The notes beneath the pieces are model-generated. The model was given only the letters and a program-made list of their open reading frames with translations. It searched no databases and was not told where the DNA came from. This document shows, piece after piece, positions 54,149-64,000 of a stretch of DNA of 64,000 bases (positions are counted from its first letter, which is position 1; the number at the start of each line of letters is the position of its first letter). This DNA comes from Setoptus koraiensis (lineage: Eukaryota > Animalia > Arthropoda): NCBI GenBank assembly GCA_048013815.1, contig CM106585.1, positions 21,514,001 through 21,578,000 of the forward strand, read 5' to 3'. A program made the position numbers and the translations under genes.

Positions 54149-54617
54149 CCTTGAATGAGCTACATAACGACATAGTTGGGAGATACAGTTGGAGAACCTT
54201 AATTGACAACATTTTTATCCAAAAGAAATAGGCGCATATTTTAAACTGTATCACTGGTAAAGGTGGTACATTTGCGTGCCTCAGATTTCAACTACATACG
54301 CACGCTCAGAGGAAAAATTTTCGCGTTCCGAATGTTCGCATTTCTGGTCTTCCTGTTTTGTAAAGGCGACGTTTATCTGTGTGTTGTGCAAGGCGTCTAT
54401 ATGGAACTTTTGTTCAGATTCGTCTTAAACAACAGGTTAGTCAGCTGCAGAGGCCCCCGAGTGTGTAACACCGTCATTACCATTGATCAAAATTCACATG
54501 TACATATTTTCACAAGAACAAATTAACAATTAAATATTTTCACAAACCGCATATAAATAGCAAATTGATTTCCCAACACTTTTCATGATTCTTCTGTCGA
54601 CAAATTTTATTTCATCA

Positions 54618-55142
54618 TTAATCCACATAATCATCTCTTTCACCTCGATATTCTGCAATCTTTCCTTTGAATTTGTCGTCCCATGATATATAATCTTCTT
54701 GATCGAGTGTAACAAGAGTTGCTGGGTCTCTAATTGCACGTGGTCCTATCTTTACATGTCCATGCTCTATATATTTGACGGCAGTTTCCATCGGACCATC
54801 GAACATGCCAGACTGTATTATAAAAACAGGCAAACGACGACGGCAGAAGGCTTTCACGCTAATTCCTAGACATTTTTTTATCCTTTTTGTTTTGATTAGA
54901 CCGGCAGAATACAGTTTGTCCAGTAGTAGATTAGTTGCCTGAACCTTGAAAGCCTCATCTTTGATTTTGATAATATCCCCGGCTAAATTTCGAATGTCTG
55001 TGCATAATTTATTATAAATTGTATACTCTTGTCTAGATATGTGAAATCTTCTCATAATAGCCACCTCCTTGAGGTTGTGATTCCAATTGACAAATTCTAC
55101 CTTCTTGAGGATTTTCTTCTCATGGTATTTTAATTTCCTCAT
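54618..55142 (-). CDS. IMP3: U3 snoRNP protein IMP3
   Basis: MRKLKYHEKKILKK, FCRRRLPV S4 domain, RDDY near the C-terminus. Confidence 0.93.
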   Translation of the reverse strand: MRKLKYHEKKILKKVEFVNWNHNLKEVAIMRRFHISRQEYTIYNKLCTDIRNLAGDIIKIKDEAFKVQATNLLLDKLYSAGLIKTKRIKKCLGISVKAFCRRRLPVFIIQSGMFDGPMETAVKYIEHGHVKIGPRAIRDPATLVTLDQEDYISWDDKFKGKIAEYRGERDDYVD

Positions 55143-55523
55143 ATTTCTCAGATCTTAATCTCTTTTTCTTTCGAAAATCTTTACAGATATTAAAGAGATA
55201 CCGTGATACGAGATATCAATATCTGTTTGGAGATGATGCAGCGATGTGGTTGGGGTAACGATGCACATGATTCTGTAAGAAAGAAACGGCAATGCCAGAC
55301 ATTTACAAAACAATCCCATGTGCTTTGTAATCGCAACCACATTGCGCCAGCATTCCGAACGCCCCCAGGCGGACAATCACTGAACCGAAGACGTGAAAAA
55401 GACAATCTCGCACATTCTTGTTGGGCAAAAGGTAAATATTTATCAAACGACCAACAATGAAGCGACACCATTTTATCTAATTAGCTCCTACTTTCAACTA
55501 ATAGAAGAACCTCATACTTTGAA

Positions 55524-55814
55524 ATGGCCGAGAAACCATCCGACTTTACACTACCGGAGAAAATAGTATCTAAGATATTAAAGGATGCTTTACCCGACAA
55601 TGTTGCCGTCAGTAAGGACGCCAAAAGTGCTGCTGCACGAGGGGCTGCGATGTTTATATTGAATTTAGTTATTTCAGCAAACAGTCAAGCAGAGGATACC
55701 AAGAGGGATACCATAAGCTGCCAAGACATATTAGACGCGCTAAGTTACGTTGGTCTGGAAGAATACGCTCCTCAGCTATTGAAATATTCTCGCAAGAAGA
55801 AAAAAGAGAAATAG
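55524..55814 (+). CDS. POLE3: Histone-fold POLE3/CHRAC17
   Basis: MAEKPSDFTLPEKIVSKILKDALPDNVAVSKDAK...RDTISCQDILDAL. Confidence 0.85.
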   Translation: MAEKPSDFTLPEKIVSKILKDALPDNVAVSKDAKSAAARGAAMFILNLVISANSQAEDTKRDTISCQDILDALSYVGLEEYAPQLLKYSRKKKKEK

Positions 55815-55899
55815 ATTGTGTCTGATAACTAGCTAATATTCTTGTACATTCATTTAATAAACTAACCAGCTTAATCTAAGCTTACGACAATTTTCATAA

Positions 55900-56376
55900 T
55901 TAATGCTCATCATGATGACCATGGCCTGACCCATGACTAGAGTATTTATCCTCGATGGGCGGGAATAAATACTTGACCGTGGCCCACAGAGCAAAACCAA
56001 GGGCTATTCCAGTGGTACTGCCTTGACAGACCCACGCGAGAATTGATCTGTTTTGCCTCATGTTAGGATAGAATCTGTATGCATGATTTCTAAGCCAAGG
56101 GTCGTGTAAACCAGCAGCGTGGCATCTCTTTTGAAATTGTACCAATTCTGGGTGATCTTCTACTTTGTATTTTCTCCAATCTGCTAAGTACATTCCGTGG
56201 GGTAGATGAAGCTTCTTAATGTTGGGATGAAGCATATCCATAGGCCCTTTGCCTGGTATTTCATACGGTTTAGGTTGAAAGATGGTCTCAAGTATTGCCT
56301 CTTTCCATGTTGGTGTGTTGCTGGCTGTCCATCTAGATCTATGGGCCTCTTCTCGAAGTTTTTGTAGAAACCCCAT
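55900..56376 (-). CDS. NDUFB3: Complex I subunit NDUFB3 (B12) with N-terminal extension; likely start MGFLQK
   Basis: LADWRKYKVE...QKRCHAAGLHDPWLRNHAYRF matches the LxDPWxRNxAWRY motif; TM; His-rich C-terminus. Confidence 0.8.
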   Translation of the reverse strand: MGFLQKLREEAHRSRWTASNTPTWKEAILETIFQPKPYEIPGKGPMDMLHPNIKKLHLPHGMYLADWRKYKVEDHPELVQFQKRCHAAGLHDPWLRNHAYRFYPNMRQNRSILAWVCQGSTTGIALGFALWATVKYLFPPIEDKYSSHGSGHGHHDEH

Positions 56377-56607
56377 TTGTATCATGATTATTCTAAAAAT
56401 GATATCTAGTGCACTCAATAAAGAGAAAAACGGAGAATGGATAAACTCTCTCAAGGAGATTCTTCGAGTAAATAAGAGAAGTGTTTGCTTCGATAGAGCT
56501 ACACAACAATAGCGCGAATTTCAATCAAATCATATGTTCAATGACATTATAGGTTATTTTGCTTTGCCATTCCAGCCTCGAAACAAGGCAACTCAAAGTC
56601 ACCGATT

Positions 56608-57034
56608 TAGTGATGGGGGGAGATCTCCCGCCACGGGAGAAATTTCTCCCGCCCAGGGAGAATTCTCCCGGGAGATTTTCTCCCTGGGAGCCTCCCGGGC
56701 TCTCCCGCTCCCGCGGATCTCCCGAGTCTCCCAAATGTCCCGTTTTTGAAAAATTTATCGAAACACTCTTTGCTTGGCTGAGCATTTTCTGGCGCTCGAG
56801 GCGCTCCTGGCGGAGAAGAAAGCAAGCTTCCATAGTCAAAAACGCACACGGGAGGTTTGGGAGAAATTCGGGAGGTTTGGGAAGAATTTGGGAGATTCGG
56901 GAGAGGATTGGGACATTCGGGAGACTCGGGAGATCCGCGGGAGCGGGAGAGCCCGGGAGGCTCCCATGGGTGAATCTCCCGGGGAGCGGGAGATGTTCTC
57001 CCATGGGCGGGAGATCGATCTCCCCCCATCACTA
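56608..57034. mobile_element. hAT-type MITE (427 bp)
   Basis: 17-bp TIR TAGTGATGGGGGGAGAT; 8-bp TSD CACCGATT at 56600-56607 and 57035-57042; many CTCCC/GGGAG subterminal repeats in inverted arrangement. Confidence 0.93.
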
Positions 57035-57213
57035 CACCGATTTTGAGATTTGAATGTGGCGCTTGGAAGTAGAATGGAGGTTCTGTAACTGACCCACGTT
57101 TTTTTTTTATTGAGACAGGAGACTTTCGGATTATCATCCACATGGATTAGAGAATATCTAGGATATTTATTCAACTATATCTTCTGGACAGCCTTATAAC
57201 AAATTATTTCAAC

Positions 57214-58923
57214 ATGGCCAGTCCGATGTTCGCCGTGATCAGCCATGCCAAAGTGAAAAAAATATCTGAGACCGAGCGTGTTCTACCATCATGGCTGTCC
57301 CATCCAACAAAATTTCCTGGTAGTGGAATCCTTGAAAATAGCCAAGATCTCAGCTTGTTTAATTGCTACATTGATGAAGACATAAGACAACATCTCAAGA
57401 AGGAACTGAAAATATCAAAATTGTTTCCACTACAGGCGTGCCTAATACCATCGCTTACTCGTCAATTGAAGAGTAGATCATTCCGACGGCCCAACGACAT
57501 ATGTGTCTCGTCGCCAACTGGCTCTGGAAAAACATTGGCCTATGTTTTACCTATCGTTAACCATTATAAGAGTAGATTTACTACCAGCTTAAGAGTTCTT
57601 GTTATTCTACCCATAAGAGATTTGGCTGTTCAAGTTCACAAGACATTTGTTCAAGTTTCTCAAGCCACCACACTGCAGGTTGGACTTGCGGTATCAGAAA
57701 CGGACTTCGGAAACTTGTGTCAAACTTTAGTAGATAAAAAAATTCTAGGCAATAATATATCTAAAGATACTCGTATCTCCGGTCGAGATAGAGATGGAAA
57801 CACATATAGATATACCAGCGCCGTCGATATATTGGTAGCCACACCGGGAACTCTAGTGGACTTGATACAGAAATGCCCAGGTTTTAGTATCGAAGATGTT
57901 GAAATACTCGTAATTGATGAGGCAGATAGATTAATGAGCAATAATCGTCACGATTGGTTGAATACAGTTGAGAAGAGTATCTTCAGAGACAACTCAAGAT
58001 CCAACTTGGACTGTCCTTGCCACTCTATAGATTCCCCGCGCAGAAAGAGAATTTGCTACAGTGGAACTAATGGGTGCTCATTGGATCAGTCTTTCAGGTC
58101 TAGACCGTTACACAAACTTTTATTCTCCGCCACTCTTTCTAGTGACCCACAATTATTACTACACATGAATCTCTTCCAGCCTAGGTTGTTTGTGGCTACG
58201 AGGCAAGCAGAAACCTCAGACAATAATTCCTCATCTACCGACCATGGCCTAACAAAGCCGAAAACTGTTGGCTCAACCGACCTATTAGCGGTCACTTCTA
58301 AGAATGAGCTTCTAACAAGTTCAACAATCCCTGACCAACTTGAGGAGAAGATGTTCATTGTGGAACCAAAGAGGAGCGTGAAAGCTAAATTGTTTGTTAC
58401 ATACTATTTGTTTCATGTCATGAAAATTCGCAGAGTTATTTGTTTTGTAAACAAAGTTGAAACAAGTGGTCCGGTGTGTAAATTTATTAATCAGATTGGC
58501 GAAGTTAAGGCGGCAGAGTTTTCTTCGAACATGAAATCGGGTGTGAGAGAAAAATATCTATCAGATTTCGCCAATGGAAACTTAGATGTTCTAGTAAGTA
58601 GTGACATGATGGCGAGAGGTATGGATGTGGACAATGTAGACTATGTAATTTCCTTCGACGTGCCGTCTAGTGAGATTTACTATGTTCATCGAGTTGGAAG
58701 GACCGCAAGAGCCGGTAGAAAGGGCACGGCAGTTACAATAGTGCAAACTGGCCAACTACTACGATTCAAAAAGATAGTTCAATTGGCTCATGTCAAGCCG
58801 AATTCGATGCGACTTAATGATGTTGTAGAAGAAATGAAAATACCCCAAACATTGTTGAGAGATTCAGTCCATCAGGATAGATTTACAGCTATCATAGAAA
58901 ACTTCCAAGATCTAATAAAATGA
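57214..58923 (+). CDS. DDX51: DEAD-box helicase DDX51/Dbp6, single exon
   Basis: LFPLQ, DICVSSPTGSGKTLAY, ATPG, IDEADRL, SAT, ARGMD, HRVGRTARAG. Confidence 0.92.
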   Translation: MASPMFAVISHAKVKKISETERVLPSWLSHPTKFPGSGILENSQDLSLFNCYIDEDIRQHLKKELKISKLFPLQACLIPSLTRQLKSRSFRRPNDICVSSPTGSGKTLAYVLPIVNHYKSRFTTSLRVLVILPIRDLAVQVHKTFVQVSQATTLQVGLAVSETDFGNLCQTLVDKKILGNNISKDTRISGRDRDGNTYRYTSAVDILVATPGTLVDLIQKCPGFSIEDVEILVIDEADRLMSNNRHDWLNTVEKSIFRDNSRSNLDCPCHSIDSPRRKRICYSGTNGCSLDQSFRSRPLHKLLFSATLSSDPQLLLHMNLFQPRLFVATRQAETSDNNSSSTDHGLTKPKTVGSTDLLAVTSKNELLTSSTIPDQLEEKMFIVEPKRSVKAKLFVTYYLFHVMKIRRVICFVNKVETSGPVCKFINQIGEVKAAEFSSNMKSGVREKYLSDFANGNLDVLVSSDMMARGMDVDNVDYVISFDVPSSEIYYVHRVGRTARAGRKGTAVTIVQTGQLLRFKKIVQLAHVKPNSMRLNDVVEEMKIPQTLLRDSVHQDRFTAIIENFQDLIK

Positions 58924-59715
58924 CAACAATAGACTAAACTAGCAACAATGGACAGCACATCCTAAATGAATTTTTTCCACTCTTTTCAATGTCACTCAAT
59001 ATTCGAGCAGAGGTTCTGTGTGTGTGTTGATGTGGGCAAAGTTTGTGTGACAGTAGGCTGGGCGATTGACGAACAATCAATGCCATTAAATAATATAATT
59101 AGTCTAGAATGATTTGTGCGTTGTATCAGATTCATGAGTGTAGAATGATTTAGAACACGAGTCTCACATAACAACAGATAACAATCTGCTGGAACACAAC
59201 TCATGGCATAGCGATTTTCCATTTGTTCTGATGGCTGGCATCACCATCATCATCATCATCATCGTGGACCGCATCTTTGTTTTTCCGGCTCGCTCTTTCC
59301 AGAACAAAAACTCTGATACTCTAGAGATGTGCTAGAAATTACATGTATTTACTGCGCGATTGGTCACGTCTCTGTCATGTACGCGTTAGCTGATTGAGCG
59401 ATCGATAATGGTCTTAGCACTGGTAGCAATAGTTGCGCGCAACTAATCCAAATGCTGTAAGAAGACTAGAAACTTCTAGATGAATCTCTGTGTTTGTGCC
59501 ACGCTCATTAATTGATATAAATAGAAGCAACACCGCTAACTCATTACCACTATCACTTTCAACAGGCAACAAATAAGACAAACTCGTCACATGTTCAACA
59601 ATTGTTAACAAGAGACTATTCAACACATATCTGACAACATCAACGATAACGACCTAACAACATTACATAACAACAAATACTCTAGACAAATACCACAGTA
59701 GTCATCACCATCAGC

Positions 59716-60825
59716 ATGGACTTATTATATGACGCTTCAATACCGTTAATCAGCAAAACACAAGAATACTTTTATGATTACAACCAGCTCATGAAGTTAA
59801 TCTCAACCGTGTTCGACCCAAAATATGCCTTTCTCATCTATTCGCCCATTGTGTTTGCCATTGATCACAAAATTGGCCGCAAGCTCATGTTGACAACTGT
59901 ACTCGCCGAATGGATAAATCAAATACTCAAATGGCTGTTACATGGCGAACGACCCTATTGGTACGTCCACTCAAGTGGCAAATTTAATCCCGAATTGACG
60001 CCCATTCATCAATTCTCTGTCACATGTGAACTGGGTCCTGGAGACCCTAGCGGACATGCAATGGTTACCGCCGCCGTTTGGTACATAATAATATCGTCAT
60101 TTTTCGATCTCGACAAGCACAACTCTCAACACCCCCAAACATCAGCTCTGTTTGTTGCCTTGCGAACTAGGCGCCACCATATCACCGGATGGCTACTTTA
60201 CGTTGTACTCATACTTATAGTCAGTTTGTCTCGAGTCTGCTTAGGCTGTCACTTCCCTCATCAATGTCTCGCCGGAGCTCTCATTGGTGTTGTGCTTGCC
60301 AGAGCAGTGTCCAGTTGGGATTTTCTACAATTCAAAAAGCGCCACTTCCTGTTTTCATCTATGTTAATGTTTGTCACTGCTTTTGGAACATTTGCCTCGC
60401 TACAATGGCTAGGATCAGATCCGTCGTGGACCATCAAGAATGCGGTGAAATACTGCGCCAAACGCGAATACATACACATGGACACGGCCCCATTCTTTTC
60501 AATCATGCGCTACTGTGGCTTTTGTCTAGGTTGCGGATTGGGTCTATCGTCGCCATTATTCAAATATCTTCATCATAAATCATCATCGTCACAAATGTCA
60601 TTATTGACAACGCGCAGGTTAGCGTCTACAATGTTGACAGCTCTAATATCATTGGTGGCAGCTAGAATGGTCGACAATCTCGGTCAATTTGTTTCACACC
60701 ACAATATTGTACTATTCTATTCTAGCGCCATGCTGGTCTATCTATTGTTTGCCTTCTCTATTGTGGCACTCATACCTTATTTGGTTGATCGTCACGTATT
60801 CAAATACAAGATGGCCAACGTGTGA
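59716..60825 (+). CDS. G6PC: Glucose-6-phosphatase (PAP2 family), single exon
   Basis: KWLLHGERPYW, PSGHAM and SRVCLGCHFPHQ; multiple TM segments. Confidence 0.92.
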   Translation: MDLLYDASIPLISKTQEYFYDYNQLMKLISTVFDPKYAFLIYSPIVFAIDHKIGRKLMLTTVLAEWINQILKWLLHGERPYWYVHSSGKFNPELTPIHQFSVTCELGPGDPSGHAMVTAAVWYIIISSFFDLDKHNSQHPQTSALFVALRTRRHHITGWLLYVVLILIVSLSRVCLGCHFPHQCLAGALIGVVLARAVSSWDFLQFKKRHFLFSSMLMFVTAFGTFASLQWLGSDPSWTIKNAVKYCAKREYIHMDTAPFFSIMRYCGFCLGCGLGLSSPLFKYLHHKSSSSQMSLLTTRRLASTMLTALISLVAARMVDNLGQFVSHHNIVLFYSSAMLVYLLFAFSIVALIPYLVDRHVFKYKMANV

Positions 60826-61120
60826 TACTAAGAACAACATTACATAATAATACACATCAATTGTCTACTTACATTATGCCAAAAAACAAAAATTAAGACC
60901 AAGAAAAAATAAGTTGATTTTATAGCACAAAAAATGTAAAAATATCTACCACACCTCATTATCTAATAAACGTGTGCAAGTTACAAATTCAATCTCAACC
61001 TGTTGCTGATTCAAGTACATATTTAATCAAGTGGCTCTGGCCTGCAAACATACATAGTGTTGGCAGCAAATTTTGAGAGCTGCGGAGTGCTACGACATGT
61101 TACAATGAATTCATCTTCAG

Positions 61121-64000
61121 TCACCTGTGCCTATGAATTAGGTGCGTGAGATTGTCTGTTTGCCGGTTGACCAAATGCTCGTCGTCCGTGTCTGTGTTGT
61201 CGTTAATGTTACCCGTGGCCAAATGATTGTGATCGTGACCTTGCCCAGACAAAGAGTCCAATGACATGTCGTGCAAATTATCCAACAGATCGTCGTCATA
61301 ATCAATGTTTTGCTGGCTCACATGCTGATTGTAGTGCGATAAATTGCGCTGATAACCCAGAACACTGACACTAGGCGCACCAACGTGCGCGGAAGAAACC
61401 GCCAGATCGGAATGGAAATCCTCTTCGTCTGTCGGTGTTTGTAGTGCCGGATGACTAACATGTTGTTGTTGTTGTTGCTGTTCAATAAAACTTGCCGATG
61501 GTTTCGACAAAAACACTGTCGAGCCCTCCGAGTGCGGCTGTTGGTGCTGCAGCGTTTGAGGTCTGTGATGCAAGTGAACATCGAGACTTGTTTCATAAAC
61601 GGGAGTAGTCGGCTGCAATTGTGGTTGTTGCTGGCTTGTTGCTTCAGCTGACACGTACTCATTTTCGGCCTCTATTTCGCTGAACGATCTCATTGGGGCA
61701 GATCTGTAAAGCGTTTGGCTGTCCGGCGTTTGTATCGTGTGATGCTTATTGGCAAACGACAATAACGGCGTTTCCGCTGCGGTTGGTGTGGGTGCTGTTT
61801 GCGTGGGTGTCAACACCAACGCCGCTTGAGGCGCCAACGACGATAGTGGAGGCGGACGTGCATGTGGATGCGGGTTCGGGTGCGCATGCTGGTGCGCATG
61901 TTGGCTTGTTGAGCGTGAATGTGGAGTGTCCGGCGGCGACGGTGGCTGAAGTTGTATATAAGTGGATGAGACGTCATCATGCGGATGACTCAATGTGGAG
62001 CCCGACATACTGACCGTATGCTTTTGCTTGCCTCTCATCATTGATCTGCTGACATGTTGACCGGACAAACTTGTGTGAATCGAATTGGCCTTGCCAAATA
62101 GTCTATCTCTGGCGCTTGTTTGTTTACCATGATTTTGCTGGCTTGTCGAGGCCGGGGATTTACTTGTTGCTGGCTGGTGATGTTGTTGTTGTTGTTGTTG
62201 TTGTTGAGCAATACCAACATGATCGGTCATTTGTTGAGTTGATGGTGCCACATTGTGGCCGTTATTTTCCATGCTATTGTTTCGTGTTACAGAGGGCGCT
62301 CTTGTAAACCTATGCACAACATTGTCACCATCAATATTATCAACTTTTATCTCGGCAATATGATACAGAGAATTGTCGCCATCTTCGTCATCTGTCAAAT
62401 GATGATGATGATGGTGGTGTTGCTGGTGCTGTTGGTGCTGTTGGTGCTGTTGGTGCTGCTGGTGCTGCTGGTGATGGTGTGAATGAGGATGTGAATGGGA
62501 ATGAGCATGATTATCGTTCTTGTTGACTGCATCCTCGTCACTGAAACTGATCATTTCATCATTTAGATGTTTAGTAACGGTAGCGGCCACTTTAGGACTC
62601 GCTTCCGCTTCTAATTGCGGACTAGTGGGCATGTGGTGACCATCGGGTGCAATGTCGTGCATGCTTACATCACTATAAGTATCACCGTAATGATGTTGTT
62701 TGTTGATCGCTAATTGCGCCCCATGATCGCTACGTATATCATCATCGTTGGCCTCATAACTGGCCATTGAACTCAGCAAACTTACGTCGTCAGGTTTGTT
62801 TTTTTTGCTATGTCTGTTTGTCTGCTGGCCATGCTGTGTTGTTGTCTCGCCAGCGGCAGCCCTAAGCTTACTCGAGCTGGTTAGATCACTTTCGTCGTCT
62901 TCATATTCGTCATCTTCGTAGCCTTCGGCACCTGACGAGGATGCAATTAGATCGTCCTCTAAATTGGCCACTTCCAACATTTTTGGAACAGTTTGATGAT
63001 TGTTGTTATTGTGGTTTTTTGTTGTATCATGTGACAGTTGTCTTCTTGTCGACTCATTTGTGGTGGCTTTGTGTTGTTCGTGTCCTTGCTTGTCGTCGTC
63101 AACATCCACGGATCTCTTCTGTTGTTGTTGCTGTTGTATTCTGTGATGATGCCTAGAGGTGCTACGATTCGACGTCGATGTGGCCAAACTCAAATGCTGC
63201 GATCCGCTGTCTAAAGTATCTCGGCGACTAAAATCACTGTGGAGGCCACCATTGGTGCCGGGCGTTGTATTGTTTGTCTTCGTGTTTGTATTTGTATTTG
63301 TATTAGTAATTGTGTTTGTGTTGGTGTTTGTAATAGTATTGGTGCCGTCAACTGAATAAGATTCAAAAGATTGAGACAATGGCGGCGACGAATATTCAGT
63401 GGCATCGCCATACTGACGAACATCGTCAGAAATGCTAAAAAAGTTTTTGTCGTCCGTTTGATCGTCCTCGTGTGTGTAATAAGTGTTTCCCTTTTTCCTA
63501 TACAATATAATAACTATTATAATGACCACCACCAATGCACAAATAATTACGACAGCTAAAGTGAGGCCAATTTTGGGCTCTGTTGGCACTCTAGCCTCAG
63601 TGCAGAACTTGAATTCGCTCGATTCTAAGCTCAACAATTGATAGTCTCTCAATTCGCCAGGATATTCGCATATGATGCACAAGTTAGACTTGATTGTCAT
63701 CTCGGGCCACCATTGGACAATGCCGTTGTATTGCATTATTTTTTTCATATCCAAACTGTCATCGATGTCTTGTTTAGCTAACGATGTTGTTTGCTGTTGT
63801 GATGCCTCCAATGAATTGCTCGACACAGACAGATAATCATTATTGTCGTTGTTGTTGTCATTGTTGTTGTTGTTGTTGTTGTTAATGTTGTCAGGATTGT
63901 AACATGAAGACTTGACAAGATCGTATCTGCTCGGGGTGGACAGCCAATTTTGTAATGGCATTACTTTGCAACGAAAACAGGACCATTGATTCTCCTCCAT
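61121..64000 (-). CDS. 3' part of a single-pass LRR membrane protein with a long low-complexity tail; 5' end outside the window
   Basis: LRR C-cap NQWSCFRC...LQNWL...CEYPGELRDYQL...C; TM IGLTLAVVIICALVVVIIIVIILY; juxtamembrane RKKGNTYYTHED; His/Gln/Asn runs. Confidence 0.8.
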   Translation of the reverse strand: MEENQWSCFRCKVMPLQNWLSTPSRYDLVKSSCYNPDNINNNNNNNNDNNNDNNDYLSVSSNSLEASQQQTTSLAKQDIDDSLDMKKIMQYNGIVQWWPEMTIKSNLCIICEYPGELRDYQLLSLESSEFKFCTEARVPTEPKIGLTLAVVIICALVVVIIIVIILYRKKGNTYYTHEDDQTDDKNFFSISDDVRQYGDATEYSSPPLSQSFESYSVDGTNTITNTNTNTITNTNTNTNTKTNNTTPGTNGGLHSDFSRRDTLDSGSQHLSLATSTSNRSTSRHHHRIQQQQQQKRSVDVDDDKQGHEQHKATTNESTRRQLSHDTTKNHNNNNHQTVPKMLEVANLEDDLIASSSGAEGYEDDEYEDDESDLTSSSKLRAAAGETTTQHGQQTNRHSKKNKPDDVSLLSSMASYEANDDDIRSDHGAQLAINKQHHYGDTYSDVSMHDIAPDGHHMPTSPQLEAEASPKVAATVTKHLNDEMISFSDEDAVNKNDNHAHSHSHPHSHHHQQHQQHQQHQQHQQHQQHHHHHHHLTDDEDGDNSLYHIAEIKVDNIDGDNVVHRFTRAPSVTRNNSMENNGHNVAPSTQQMTDHVGIAQQQQQQQQHHQPATSKSPASTSQQNHGKQTSARDRLFGKANSIHTSLSGQHVSRSMMRGKQKHTVSMSGSTLSHPHDDVSSTYIQLQPPSPPDTPHSRSTSQHAHQHAHPNPHPHARPPPLSSLAPQAALVLTPTQTAPTPTAAETPLLSFANKHHTIQTPDSQTLYRSAPMRSFSEIEAENEYVSAEATSQQQPQLQPTTPVYETSLDVHLHHRPQTLQHQQPHSEGSTVFLSKPSASFIEQQQQQQHVSHPALQTPTDEEDFHSDLAVSSAHVGAPSVSVLGYQRNLSHYNQHVSQQNIDYDDDLLDNLHDMSLDSLSGQGHDHNHLATGNINDNTDTDDEHLVNRQTDNLTHLIHRHR

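Noticed and set aside
56525-57174. Several overlapping ORFs of 90-178 aa
   Set aside because: All arise from the GC-rich, stop-poor hAT MITE.

Overview
Eukaryotic, arthropod-type DNA; the compact, largely intron-poor gene layout suggests a mite, which is an inference. The window has two sharply different halves. 1-30279 is a nested transposon stack with one 500-N gap: a truncated Ty1/copia element, a broken minus-strand Ty3/gypsy element with env, a second Ty1/copia element, a young full-length gypsy element with a single gag-pol-env frame, Helentron/HINE-type rolling-circle elements, GG-ended TIR MITEs with 8-bp TSDs and a foldback element. Removing three insertions by hand from the second copia element joins its pol to a class-I-fusion-like env, followed by a second Cys-rich domain, a copia-type PPT and an LTR. 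That env is visibly homologous to the env of both gypsy elements. One Helentron-type element carries a captured 5'-truncated transketolase, and another copy of the same terminus sits next to a 336-aa ORF with weak resemblance to cysteine proteases. 30280-64000 is host sequence: transglutaminase, ABCG transporter, CRF/DH44-type GPCR, RNaseK, activin type II receptor, WASH1, IMP3, POLE3, NDUFB3, DDX51, glucose-6-phosphatase and the 3' part of an LRR membrane protein, plus one hAT MITE. All calls come from motif reading by eye; no searches or alignments were run.
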